Part shown: positions 22,007-33,345 of the stretch, one piece after another
How the letters are laid out: each line of letters starts with the position of its first letter
Position numbering within the stretch: the first letter of the stretch is position 1
Assembly: GCA_963788655.1 (NCBI GenBank)
Contig: CAWBHS010000101.1
Location: 1-64,000 of the forward strand
Length of the DNA: 64,000 bases
Reading direction: 5' to 3'
Source of the DNA: an uncultured Verrucomicrobiae bacterium
Lineage (GTDB): Bacteria > Verrucomicrobiota > Verrucomicrobiia > Limisphaerales > JAFGQR01
Position numbers and translations under genes: made by a program
Notes under the pieces: model-generated
The model's database searches: none
The model's input: only the letters and a program-made list of their open reading frames with translations
What the model was told of the DNA's origin: nothing

Positions 22007-22384
22007 ATGCCAACATACGAATACATTTGCACGAAGTGCGACGAACAATTTGAAGTGTTTCAATCGATTGCGGACAAGCCCTTGACGGTTTGCCCGAAGG
22101 ACAAGTGCCGCCGGAAAACCTGGGGCAAGGGCAAGGTCAAAAAGCTCATCAGTGCCGGCGCCGGTTTACTCTTCAAAGGCAGCGGTTTTTATATTACCGA
22201 CTACCGCAGCGAAGGCTACAAGAAAGCCGCCAGCCAGGAAGCGGCTTCCAGCAAACCCGCCGACGGGGATGGCGGTAAATCCAAATCCTCCGGCAGCGAC
22301 AGCAAACCCGCCAGTGGCAAGGCGGACAGCTCGTCAAGTAGCGCATCCACCCAAAAGCCCGCGGCCACTTCCAAGAGCAGTTGA
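22007..22384 (+). CDS. FmdB-family zinc-ribbon regulatory protein
   Basis: MPTYEYxCxxC, FKGSGFY.TDY, low-complexity tail. Confidence 0.9.
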   Translation: MPTYEYICTKCDEQFEVFQSIADKPLTVCPKDKCRRKTWGKGKVKKLISAGAGLLFKGSGFYITDYRSEGYKKAASQEAASSKPADGDGGKSKSSGSDSKPASGKADSSSSSASTQKPAATSKSS

Positions 22385-22396
22385 CTTCGCCGCGTT

Positions 22397-23689
22397 GTGA
22401 AACCGCCGATCCCATTGACACCGCTTTGGTTGGGGCTTTGCCTAACGGGGGCGATCTGGTCGGTGAAGGCGGCGGATCCGCTGGTTATCCGGAGCCAGTC
22501 CGGTCAGTTCCTGGTGCGGGGGTTGCCGGTCGGTTGGTCCCGCGGCATGGCGTCAACCAATTCCTCGAAAGAATGGGTGCGGCTCGATCCGTCCGTATTG
22601 GCGGTCTCCGCGGAGCGCGTCAAACAAACGATGCTCACTGGTCTGGGATTGTCCGACCAATGGCACGGCACCATCAGCATGATCCTGCACTCGGTGGTTG
22701 CCGACAATGAGCCGATTCGCGTCACGTCTCTCCGTTCCCGTGACGGTTGGAATTTCCGGGTCGAATTGCCCGAAGTCGCGCCCAAGCAGCGGGTGTTGAA
22801 AACCATCACGCAGGTCCTGCTGATGGAGATGGCGAATCGCCGCAGCGGCGAACGGCCGGCGGAACTGCCGCCCTGGCTGGGCGAAGGACTGCTCGCTCAT
22901 TGGCAGGCGACCTCGCTCGCCACGTTGACGTTGGAGCCGCTTACTGGCATTGACGTTCAGGGGCAGCGTCGCGATCCGTTCGCGGAAGTGCGGGAATGTC
23001 TGCGGACCAACACCCCTTTGACTCTGGACGAATTGAACTGGCCCACCGCGGAACAACGGTACGGCACTAATGCCATGGTTTATCGAAGCTGCGCCCATTT
23101 GTTCGTCTATGAATTGCTCAATTTGCAGCAGGGCCCGGCTTGCCTCCGGGATATGCTTGCCCGGCTGCACCAGTACCGGAATTGGCAAACCGCCTTTCTG
23201 CGCGCTTTTGAACCGTGCTTCAAGAGTCTCTTGGAAGTGGACAAATGGTGGGCCTTGAACGTGGTCAACCTGACCGGCAAAGATCCATTTTCACTCTGGC
23301 CTGAAGCGGAAAGCCAGGCGCGCCTTGAGGACTGCCTGCTGACCACGGTGGACGTCCGCACCAATTCCAAGGAACTACCGCTTTCGACCGACGTGCGGTT
23401 GCAGCAGGTGATTTCCCAATGGGAGCCCGCCCGCCAAGCGCCGGTGCTCCGGCATATCCTGAACCAACTCCAGGCCCTGCGTCCCCGCGTCGTGCCGGAA
23501 GTGGCCGGGTTGATCGATCAGTATTATGTCGTGCTCGACAAATATCTGCGCGCCCTGGCTCCCGACCGCTCCAAGAACGATGGTCGAATCAAGGACACCG
23601 TCAAAGCGCTGGAGGTCTTGGATGCCACCCGGGAGCAAATGCGCGGTGCCGCGAGTTTTAGTCAGGCCAACGCGTTTGAATCACGCTGA
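22397..23689 (+). CDS. Secreted hypothetical protein
   Basis: 430-aa ORF with signal peptide and P.WL.EG motif. Confidence 0.7.
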   Translation: MKPPIPLTPLWLGLCLTGAIWSVKAADPLVIRSQSGQFLVRGLPVGWSRGMASTNSSKEWVRLDPSVLAVSAERVKQTMLTGLGLSDQWHGTISMILHSVVADNEPIRVTSLRSRDGWNFRVELPEVAPKQRVLKTITQVLLMEMANRRSGERPAELPPWLGEGLLAHWQATSLATLTLEPLTGIDVQGQRRDPFAEVRECLRTNTPLTLDELNWPTAEQRYGTNAMVYRSCAHLFVYELLNLQQGPACLRDMLARLHQYRNWQTAFLRAFEPCFKSLLEVDKWWALNVVNLTGKDPFSLWPEAESQARLEDCLLTTVDVRTNSKELPLSTDVRLQQVISQWEPARQAPVLRHILNQLQALRPRVVPEVAGLIDQYYVVLDKYLRALAPDRSKNDGRIKDTVKALEVLDATREQMRGAASFSQANAFESR

Positions 23690-23741
23690 GTCAGCCCGCC
23701 TCCTTGACACGCCAACGGACCCCTTTATAGTTATCCTAACA

Positions 23742-24981
23742 ATGTCTAAAAGGACTTTAGTCGGTGAAAATGGATCGGCCACGAATAGTGAAAAGCTTAA
23801 CGAATTCAAACAGTTCCATCCTGCCGGACGCGGCTTTTGGAGCCAGACGCCGGCGTCGGATTGGAATAGTTGGCAGTGGCAACTTAAACATCGTATCACC
23901 ACCCTGGCGCAGCTTGAGAAATTGATGCCCACCCTGACGCCGGAGGAATACGCCGGCACGCAACTGGCCAATACCAAGCTCGCGCTGGCCATCACGCCGT
24001 ACTTCTTCAACCTGATCGATCCGGCGGACGAGAATTGCCCCATCCGCCGCCAGGTCATTCCGCGGTTGGAGGAAACCCATACCGCCCCCTGGGAAATGAG
24101 CGATCCGTGCGGCGAGGACTCCCATTCGCCCGTGCCGGGTCTGGTGCATCGCTATCCCGACCGCGTGCTGTTTCTGGTCACCGACCGCTGCGCGGCGTAC
24201 TGCCGGTATTGCACCCGGTCGCGTTTGGTCAGCAACGCCACCGGCTACGATTTCCATCCGGAGTTCGACCGGCAGATCGACTACATCGCCCGGACCCCCG
24301 CCGTCCGCGATGTGTTGCTTAGTGGCGGCGATCCGTTGTTGTTCAGCGATGAAAAGCTCGAGTATCTGCTCAGCCGGTTGCGCGCGATTCCGCACGTGGA
24401 ATTCGTCCGCATCGGCTCGCGCATTCCGGTGTTTCTGCCGCAGCGCATCACGCCGGAATTGTGCGACATGCTGAAGCAGTTTCATCCGCTGTTCATCAGC
24501 ATCCACTCGAATCATCCCCGCGAACTGACCACGGAAGTGCGTGACGCGCTGGGCCGCCTGGCCGACGCCGGCATTCCGCTTGGGCAACCAGTCGGTGTTG
24601 CTGAAACACGTAAACGACGATCTCAAGGTGATGAAGGCCCACGTGCAAAAGCTCCTGATGTGCCGGGTGCGGCCGTACTACATTTATCAGTGCGACCTCA
24701 TCGCCGGCTCGGCGCATTTGCGCGCCAGCGTGCGCAAGGGACTCGAAATCATGGAGGGCTTGCGCGGCCACACGACCGGTTACGCCGTGCCGCAATACGT
24801 GATCGATGCGCCCGGCGGCGGCGGCAAGGTGCCCATCACGCCCGAGTACGTGCTCAGCCGAAATGCGGACCGAATCGTATTCCGCAACTTCGAAGGCCGC
24901 ATTTTCGAATACCCGGAAGCCGATGATGGCACCGTGACGGTGGAACCGCCTGGTGAATTCAAGGAAGCGGAGTTGGTGTGA
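23742..24981 (+). CDS. kamA: KamA-family radical SAM protein (lysine 2,3-aminomutase-like), one frameshift near 24583
   Basis: HRYPDRVL, CAAYCRYCTR, LSGGDPL; then NQSVLL, PYY.YQCD and DAPGGGGK in the next frame. Confidence 0.9.
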
Positions 24982-25007
24982 GCGAAATGCGAGTCACTTT
25001 CAGCTCT

Positions 25008-25052
25008 CGGACTTCCGATTGCTTTCGGATTTCGACCTTCGGCCTTCGGGTT
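25008..25052 (-). repeat. Degenerate heptamer repeat (same family as 4365-4412)
   Basis: ttcggatttcgaccttcggccttcgggttt. Confidence 0.6.
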
Positions 25053-25135
25053 TAGAGCAGCCCTGACTTTTCGCCGCGTTCTCCGTTCACCGCTTGCCAA
25101 AGCGTTGCAAACTGTGTAGGGACTTAGGTCAGATT

Positions 25136-25747
25136 ATGGTTGTTGCTGAACCCGTTCATCGACTTAGTGAATCCGAGTATTTGAAAAAGGAACGTCGCAC
25201 CGAAACAAAGTGCGAGTTCTTCGAGGGGGAAGTATTTGCCATGGGGGGCGGATCGTTGGAGCACAGTTTGATTGCGACGAACCTGGTGCGATTGGTTGGC
25301 AACCAACTGGAAGGCAAGCCCTGCGTTCCGTTCAACAGTGACCTTCGCATCAAGGTGGAAGCTACCGGCCTGTTGACTTACCCGGACTTGTCCATTGTCT
25401 GCGGCCCACCGAAATTCGCGGACGATGAACGGGACACCATCCTCAATCCTACGGTCTTGGTCGAGGTGCTCTCCGATTCCACCGAAGCTTATGACCGGGG
25501 AAAGAAATTCGAAAATTACCGGCGAATGGCCTCATTGCAGGAATACTTGTTGGTGAGTCAAAAGGAGCCCCGAATCGAGCAATTCATCCGCCAGCCCAAT
25601 GGCGAGTGGTTGCTCCGGGAGGCAGTAGGCAAGGAGGTCAGGCTGGAGCTGCCTTCGCTCAACATAACGATGCTCCTCGCAGAGGTGTATGCCCGCGTGG
25701 AGTTCACCCGAACCCCGTTGCGCACGCAAAAACCGTCGCCGAACTGA
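25136..25747 (+). CDS. Uma2-family (DUF820) PD-(D/E)XK-like protein
   Basis: E...GE..AM.G, YPD..IVC, VEVLS.STE.YDRG.KF..Y, EYLLV.Q. Confidence 0.9.
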   Translation: MVVAEPVHRLSESEYLKKERRTETKCEFFEGEVFAMGGGSLEHSLIATNLVRLVGNQLEGKPCVPFNSDLRIKVEATGLLTYPDLSIVCGPPKFADDERDTILNPTVLVEVLSDSTEAYDRGKKFENYRRMASLQEYLLVSQKEPRIEQFIRQPNGEWLLREAVGKEVRLELPSLNITMLLAEVYARVEFTRTPLRTQKPSPN

Positions 25748-25769
25748 GGCGGCGTCCAGGCCACATCCC

Positions 25770-26426
25770 ATGCCTCGCGAAAGCCATGCGGCCAAAATCG
25801 CCCGCCTCCGCCAGCTCATTGCCGCCTTGGAGCGCACTTACCCGGACGCACATTGTGAACTGGATCATCACTCGCCACTCGAATTGTTGGTCGCCACCAT
25901 TTTGTCCGCCCAATGCACCGACAAGCAGGTGAACCTCGTGACCGCCAGTCTTTTTCAGCAATACCGGTCCGCCGCGGATTACGCGAATACCAGGCCGGAG
26001 GAACTGTCCACGGCCATCCGGCGCCTTGGCCTCTTTCGCAATAAAGCGAAGAACATCCAGGCTGCCTGCCGCGCACTGATCGAGCGCCACGAAGGCCAGG
26101 TGCCGCGGACCATGGAGGAATTGACAGCGTTGGATGGCGTTGGCCGCAAAACCGCCAACGTGGTGTTGGGGAACGCCTACGACACTAACGTCGGCGTGGT
26201 GGTGGACACGCACGTGGCACGCTTGGCTGGCCGACTGGGGCTGACCCAGGAGAAAACGCCGGAGAAAATCGAACGTGACCTGATGAAGTTCGTGCCGCAG
26301 GCCCAATGGACGATGTTCAGCCATTGGCTGATATGGCATGGCCGGCAGCGCTGTTACGCGCGCAAACCGGATTGCTCGCATTGCGAGCTGCGTAAATTGT
26401 GTCCCCAAATCGGAGTTGCCCCTTGA
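25770..26426 (+). CDS. nth: Endonuclease III
   Basis: LSAQCTD, HhH GVGRKTANV, VDTH, C-x6-C-x2-C-x5-C. Confidence 0.96.
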   Translation: MPRESHAAKIARLRQLIAALERTYPDAHCELDHHSPLELLVATILSAQCTDKQVNLVTASLFQQYRSAADYANTRPEELSTAIRRLGLFRNKAKNIQAACRALIERHEGQVPRTMEELTALDGVGRKTANVVLGNAYDTNVGVVVDTHVARLAGRLGLTQEKTPEKIERDLMKFVPQAQWTMFSHWLIWHGRQRCYARKPDCSHCELRKLCPQIGVAP

Positions 26427-27133
26427 TGATAGACACGAATGGAACGGCCCCAACTGAGCCCTGGCTTTTGCTCCAATCCGGCGAAGGCGCCAGCGCCTTC
26501 AACATGGCGCTGGACGAGGCCTTGATGGAGGCTTCGGCCAACTTGGGACATCCGGTCTTGCGATTGTATGGCTGGCAGGAACCAGCGGCCACGTTTGGGT
26601 ATTTCCAAAAATACTCCGAGGTCGCGGCAATGACTCCCTTGCGCCCGCTGATCCGCCGGCCCACCGGCGGTGGGCTGGTACCGCACGATGCGGATTGGAC
26701 CTATAGCCTGGTTTTCCCTCCCGCCCATTCCTGGTATGCGCTACGGGCAGTCGAAAGCTATCAGCGTCTCCACGACTGGCTGCGGGAATCGTTTACCCCG
26801 CTGGGGGCGGTGACCTCCCTGGCGCCAGCCCGCCGGGAGGAGCTGCCCGGCCAGTGTTTTGCCGGCGCGGAACAATTCGATTTGCTCTGTGACGACCGCA
26901 AGATTGCCGGCGCCGCGCAACGTCGCAACCGGGCGGGTTTGCTGATCCAAGGCTCGGTGCAACCGCCCGCCGGGCTCCAGCGGACCACTTGGGAAAGTGC
27001 CTTGTGCGCCGCAGCCACGCACAATTGGGACGTGACTTGGATTCCGTTTGCGCCGGACCCCAAGCTGGCGGCTCGCGCCTCGATGCTGGCCGCCGAGAAA
27101 TATTCCACTCCCGAATACAATCACCGACGTTGA
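26426..27133 (+). CDS. Lipoate-protein ligase / octanoyltransferase family protein
   Basis: NMALDE, LRLY.W, RRPTGGG, KIAGAAQ. Confidence 0.88.
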   Translation: MIDTNGTAPTEPWLLLQSGEGASAFNMALDEALMEASANLGHPVLRLYGWQEPAATFGYFQKYSEVAAMTPLRPLIRRPTGGGLVPHDADWTYSLVFPPAHSWYALRAVESYQRLHDWLRESFTPLGAVTSLAPARREELPGQCFAGAEQFDLLCDDRKIAGAAQRRNRAGLLIQGSVQPPAGLQRTTWESALCAAATHNWDVTWIPFAPDPKLAARASMLAAEKYSTPEYNHRR

Positions 27134-27190
27134 CCCCCCCACCCCCAATCGGTGGCTTGTGCCGCAGGGCATTTTGGTTATGTTGCCCGC

Positions 27191-28282
27191 ATGATTTACG
27201 ATGCGTCGTTTGACGATCTGCTGCAGAAAGTGTGGGACGGTGGGCGGATCGATGCCGCCGAAGCCCTTCGCCTTTACCAGTTGCCCATCGAGGAACTGGG
27301 CGCGCTCGCCCATCGCCGCCGGCAATTGACCAAGGCCGACGCCTACGATGGCCGCGGTAACGAGGTCGTCACCTACATCGTGGACCGCAACGTCAATTAC
27401 ACCAACGTCTGCAATGTCTATTGCAAATTCTGCGCGTTCTATCGCACGGAAAAGGATGCCGACGCCTACGTCATTACCCACGAAGAAATGGACCGCAAAA
27501 TCGAGGAAACCGTCGCGCAAGGCGGCACCCAAATTCTGCTCCAGGGCGGGCATCACCCGAAACTTTCACTCCAGTGGTATCTCGATTTGCTGGCCCATAT
27601 CAAAGAGACGTTTCCACAGGTCAACATCCACGGATTCAGCCCGAGTGAATTCAATCATTTCCGTGAAGTATTTAATTTACCGTTGGAAGACATCATCCGG
27701 CAGTTCGTGCAGGCGGGACTCGGTTCCATTCCCGGTGGCGGCGGGGAGATTCTCGTGGATCGCGTCCGCCAGCGCGTCTCCCCACTCAAAGCGATGAGCG
27801 ACGACTGGCTCGAAGTGATGGACGTTGCCCATCGCCTGGGCTTGAGCACCACCGCCACGATGATGTTCGGCCACGTGGAAACAATCGAAGACCGGATCGA
27901 ACACCTCGAACGCCTGCGGGTGCAGCAGGTCAAATCGAAGGGATTCACCGCCTTCATCGCCTGGACCTTTCAGCCGGAAAATACCAAGCTCAAAGCCCCA
28001 ACGGTGGGGGCGCACGATTACCTGCGCACCCAGGCGCTGGCGCGTATTTATCTCGACAATTTCCCGAACGTCCAAAGCTCCTGGGTAACCCAAGGCCCGG
28101 AGATCGGCCAGATTGCCCTCCAGTATGGCGCCAATGATTTGGGCAGCATCATGATCGAGGAGAACGTGGTCAGTCAGGCCGGCGCCAGCTTCCGCATGAG
28201 CGTGGCCGATATGCACCGTCTCATCCGCGACCTCGGCTACGAACCGCGACAACGCGACAACTGGTATCAGTTGGTGAATTGA
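27191..28282 (+). CDS. mqnC: Cyclic dehypoxanthine futalosine synthase
   Basis: DRNVNYTNVC...CKFCAF, LLQGG, PGGGGEIL, AFI.WTFQ, SWVTQG, GAND.GS.M.EENVV. Confidence 0.92.
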   Translation: MIYDASFDDLLQKVWDGGRIDAAEALRLYQLPIEELGALAHRRRQLTKADAYDGRGNEVVTYIVDRNVNYTNVCNVYCKFCAFYRTEKDADAYVITHEEMDRKIEETVAQGGTQILLQGGHHPKLSLQWYLDLLAHIKETFPQVNIHGFSPSEFNHFREVFNLPLEDIIRQFVQAGLGSIPGGGGEILVDRVRQRVSPLKAMSDDWLEVMDVAHRLGLSTTATMMFGHVETIEDRIEHLERLRVQQVKSKGFTAFIAWTFQPENTKLKAPTVGAHDYLRTQALARIYLDNFPNVQSSWVTQGPEIGQIALQYGANDLGSIMIEENVVSQAGASFRMSVADMHRLIRDLGYEPRQRDNWYQLVN

Positions 28283-28348
28283 TCAGCGGCATCGGTACAT
28301 GAGAACGCGCGGACAAGACTGTCCGCGCGCCATATAGAATAACCGCGT

Positions 28349-31300
28349 CTAAGGAGTTTGGACGCCCAGCGAGGCGCCATGTTCGCCAATAAAGCCGACC
28401 AAGCGGACGGCGCCAAACTGGTCGCCCAACGCCAGCACCTGGGAGCACGAGGTATGGATACTCACGGATTGCAGGAGGTTGCCGATCTCGTCAGAGATGT
28501 GCAGGTAAATCGTGGATGGGAAGGTATTTTTGGACGGCCTGGAATCAATGAAGAACGTGTAACCCTCTTCGACTGGCAGGCCGGACGTGGAAAAGATCTT
28601 TGCATCGCTCTTGTCCGGATTGCTGTTATCCGTGGCAAGGATGGTGACGGGAGAATTGTTGATGTTGCCGCCAAACAGAACCTGGGCTTTGCCATCCTGG
28701 GAATTGCTGACGGTTTCACCGCCCGTGTATTCAAGGATCAAAACCTGCGGTTTTTCGCCCGATGAGCAGACATCAATGGGAGGCAGAACCGCCTGGTAAC
28801 AAGCGGTGTCGCTGACTGGGTCCACGACGCTGGTAACTACCGTCGCCACGTTGCAATAGCTTCCTTCAGCTTCGACGACATCGGTAACCTGGTAGAGCCA
28901 TTTTTCTGCCGTATCCAAAATGTTGTTTTGATTAAGATCGCCAACATTGAAGCCGTCATTATCAACCACCGCGGCCGGCTCAAAGTCGTCACCCAGGTCG
29001 TTGGGTGTGTAATTGTCATCCAACACCATCACCGCATCGACCGGCTCGCTGCCAGGATTGCTGACGACGTATGTAAACAGGATCTCGGTGCCAAGTTCGA
29101 AGATCGGGGCTTGCGCCGCATTGGCGATGGAAACTCCCAACTCACTATTTCCCTGCGGCTCCAGCATTGCGCTGCCGCTCTGGCCCACCACGCCCACCAG
29201 CGTCACGCCACCGGTTATGTCTCCCAGCACGATGGGTGTCGAACACGAGGCATGATATTTAACGGTCTGAAGCAGCACCGTCCCGTCTTCACTGAAGAGG
29301 TGGATATAGGTGCCGGCGGGAAATTCGCTCCGCCCCCCGTTGATGCTCTTGGCCGTGAATTCACCGTTAAGATCGACCGGTGTCAAACTCATGAATATTT
29401 TGGCGTCGCCTTTGGCGGCATCCGCATTGTCGGTCACCAGAACTTGAACATGCAGCGCGTCCTCGGGATCACCGGTTACGCTGTATTTGTCCGGCGCCTG
29501 GTGGGTCATGGTTGCGTCGGGACCACCACCGGTGTAACGGAATGTCAATTCGGTCGGCTTGCCCACTTCAGCGCAGAGTTCCTGATCGCTGACCGGCAGC
29601 CCCACCGCCTTGACGAACTTCTCGAGATGAACAGCGGGGCCCTCCACCGCGCCGAAGTGATGGCTGGGATCCTGGTCAATGACGGTGCGCCCATCTTCGG
29701 TCTTGCCGCTGACGACGCCCAGATTGCGCATATTGCCCGGGCGTCACTAATGGCCTTCGGAGTAAAGCCAACTTTCTTGCAGATCCAAAACGTCATCTTG
29801 TTGAGATCCCCAACATTGAAGACCTCCGAACCATTCGACGGCGATTGCCTCTGGAGAAAAATCGTCGCCGGTTTCATTCGGCGTCCCGTTATCATCTACG
29901 ACCACAATGTTGGTGAGCGGCACACTGCCAAAGTTGCGCACCTGATAGCTAAAGATGGCAACGCCGCCGACAGGAATAACCGGCCCAGTGGGCGTGTCCG
30001 CGTCCTCACCATTGGTGGCCTTCTCGATATCAATTGCCGCTTTGGGCGGTTGAATGTCAGGCAGAAGGCATTGGGTGACCGATTTATCACCACTGTAGGA
30101 GCCCGTGTAGTTCGAGCCGCCGTCCACCGCGCGCGCCACCGATCACGTAATTCTTTGTAATTCTCCGGCGTGCCCGCGTGGTCGGAATTGAGGTAGAGGC
30201 TACGCTTGTCGTCGTCCACGGGCTTGATTTCCAGATCCTCGAGGTCCGTGGCAAAGGACGAGTAAACGGCCGCGGCCCATTTCCACTTGCCGGTCACGCC
30301 AGGTTGATCGGTTGAGAAATGCCCGGTCCATTCCACGTCCTTGATCCCTCCCGGCAGGCCACCAGTGGGTACCGTAAAAGCCACTCCCGTAAGGAACACC
30401 TTGCCTTTGAGGCTCGAAGCAGGAATTTCCGTAATCCAAGCTTGAACGGCGGGATTATAGACCGTCGTAGCCACGGTGGTTGCCGGCGAAATAGTGAGGA
30501 TGGCCGCTGGCACCGTTCACAGTGTACAGCGATTCCGTCCAGCAGTGAAGGTGATCTGAGACTCCTGGAAAACAATCTTCGTGACGGTATTCTTATCCAC
30601 GTGATCGGGATCAATCACGCTATTGAACCAGATCGTTGTGCCGGCCGCCAATGGCCGTTCCGTTGAAGTCCGCGTCAATCGTGCTGTAGCCCTCCGGACA
30701 AGGGGTTAACGTGCCTGTGTAATGGCTGGGGTCGTTATCCTCGACCATTTGCCCGCCCGGACTGGTGCCGGTGACCGTGCCCACGTTCATGTGCTGTCCC
30801 AGCACATTCACCGTAGCCGTGGCCGTGTAAAGCCATTGCTCACCCGGATCCAGCAGGTTGTCTTGGTCGAGGTCGCCCACGTTAAATCCACCGTTAAGGA
30901 TGGGATCTGGAAGGTAATCATCAAACGGATTACCGGGAGTTTCGTTATCGTCCACGACCACAACGTTCGATAGCGGCACCGATCCCGGATTGGTCACCAC
31001 ATAAGTCCACGTGACGTCATCACCGGCTTCGATATCCGGCCCGGGCGGCATATCCGCGTCATCGCCAAAGCCCGCTGGGATGGCCGGAGGCAGCGATGCA
31101 CTGCCGAGTTCGCCATCGACAGCAGTAAGGGTCACCCCGCCTGTGACATCGCCCAGGACGATGGGGGCCGAACATGAGGTGTGGTACAGCACCGTCTGCA
31201 GGAGCGTGGTGCCCGCCGCATCAAAGATGTGGATGTAGGTTTTGGCCGGGAATCGGGACGAACCCGCCAGGGCGCTGGTAGCGGTGAATTCGCCATTCAG

Positions 31301-32161
31301 GTTAACAATGCTCTTTGGATAAAACACCTTGACGCCGGTCCTGAAAGCGTCCGCATTGTCGGTGACCAGGATTTGTACGATGGGAGCGTCGTTGGGATCG
31401 CCAGTAACACTATATTTGCCTGCCTGCTGGTGCGTATCTGTAGCATCCGGACCGCCGCCGGTGTAGCGGAAGGTGAGCGAGATGGGTTTGCCGATGGTCG
31501 CACATAGTTCCTCACCGCTCGTTTGTGACGCTGACGCTTTAACATATTTTTCTATGTGGATGACCGGGAGTCTGTAAGGGTTGCGCGGTGGTGCCGACAA
31601 AACCCTTCACTATGTTGCAATTAAAGTCCCCGCCAAAGCCACCATTGAAGGTTGAGTCGGAGCTTGCGGCTGTGATCCCGATGTAATCTTGATCAAAAAG
31701 GGAAGCAATGGCCAATTGCCCCCAGACATTCGCAACTACGAAATCGAATTCATCATAATAGGTATTTTCGATGGTACTAACAACATCGTTTTCAAAGCCA
31801 AACTGGACCACGTCTCCTGACAGCAGCGGATCGCTGCTGCTGGTGCTTGTATAAGTCGTTCCGTCGATGGTGATTTCTCCGACCAGAAAAAAACTCCCAT
31901 TCACCAGGTTTCCGTCCTCGTCAACCGTTGCGTGAATTGTGAACTTACTTTGAGGGTCTTCTGTCTTGAATAGATTTATGAAATCTATTGAATATGGATA
32001 CCCGTAAATGGTGAAATCCTTCTCGCTGGCCTCGTAAGTGATGTTGCCGGGTTCATAGTCAATCTGTGGGAACGGGTTAAGCGCAACATTCAGCAAGGCC
32101 GCCGAGGCATTCAGAGCAAGTAACGTTAGCGAAATAAACCCGGGAAAAGTTTCGATTTCAT
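28349..32161 (-). CDS. Large (about 1250 aa) secreted multidomain surface protein, split by several indels
   Basis: ATG at 32161 and a signal peptide; consecutive ORF pieces; three C..GKP..L...YTGG...H(T/A)SCS...LGD repeats; three Ig-like (T/S)Y.V.N.G..P...V.V.DDN repeats; central AAAVY/HAGTPE domain. Confidence 0.75.
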
Positions 32162-32302
32162 AAATTTTATTTCCGATTTGATAAATGACCTCCCTGAAAC
32201 CAGTTAATGGTATAATACGATAATCTGCTAGCTTAATTTAGTTTTGCTGCAAATAGACTTTGGGATTTCCCCAGCACCTCTGGGTAAACCCCTCCGTAAA
32301 AT

Positions 32303-32984
32303 TTAACAGACTCGCGGACCACCATCTTGACGTCGAATACGATGAAGCCGTCCTGGCAACAACCCTAAGCTACACAGTGCCAACAAACTGATTCCCAACA
32401 ATACCACCGTTGATGAGTGTTCTGGCACCGACGCACCGTGTGTATCTGCTTGAATGGGCGTAGCACTGGCGAAACTGGCGCCGAACAGTGTGGTGGGAAG
32501 AGTAAAGCGGAGGAGTGTTCCTACATGCTCACCGAAAAGTCCCGCAGCACTTCCACCATCCACCGTAAACAGAAATTGCAACGGCATTGCACCGCTGCTG
32601 TTAAAGCCGAAATCGGCTAAGGTGCCATCAAGTAGCAAGCCGGAATAAGTTGAAAAACTTCCGTAGACCTTGAGACTCCCGCTTGTCGCATGGCCCGCCC
32701 CATCGATATTAGCGGAAATAGCAATGGTGCCTGACGAGATATTTTCATAAGCGCCGGAAGTGGTACGTAACCCTGGCTGCAATCCCGTTGGCTGTGAATT
32801 GATCGTTACCTTCATCGTACGTAATGCTACCAGACGTAAATGGCGTGTAAAGATCAGGGTAGGTTTGAAGCGTCAGATTCAGCGGGGTGGCTGAAGCAAA
32901 AAAACCACTTCCTAACAACAGAAAAAGCGCCCCTGGAATTGCCGAAATCCTGCTCCTGGCAATTGATAGGGCATTATTCTTCAT
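32303..32984 (-). CDS. PEP-CTERM/VPDSG-CTERM-like surface protein, one frameshift near 32750-32770
   Basis: Signal peptide; C-terminus VPEHSST, then a hydrophobic helix and an Arg-rich tail. Confidence 0.75.
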
Positions 32985-33345
32985 GACAAGTTGTTTTGTT
33001 TCAAAATCGGATTACGAACTGAGTTTGCTCCAGCGTCCTTGCAATGAGCCACGGAAAATACACCATGTCCTGTGCCTTTTCAAATGAATCGGTAAAGTGT
33101 ATTGGGGCAACATCGGTAAGTTGTTTGTTATGAGGATAATAAAGCTTAACCTTCAGTAGTCAATATTCTTTCTTCAGCACACCGATAACAACAGAATGTA
33201 AAGCCTGCTGACGACGCAGGTTCACGTTGGCGGGTGTTAGCCGTTCATCCGCAGAGCCTTAAGCAAGAAGTCGTTTCTCTAATGAAACCCTACACTTTTC
33301 AGTTTTCCACCATCTGCAATCCCCCCGGTCAGGCTTCAAACGAGG

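Noticed and set aside
25136..25747. Uma2 protein as a defence nuclease system
   Set aside because: Solitary member of a commonly expanded family among housekeeping genes, with no partner genes
32985..33100. Sigma54 promoter for the CTERM gene
   Set aside because: GGCAC and TTGC elements are present but not at GG-N10-GC spacing
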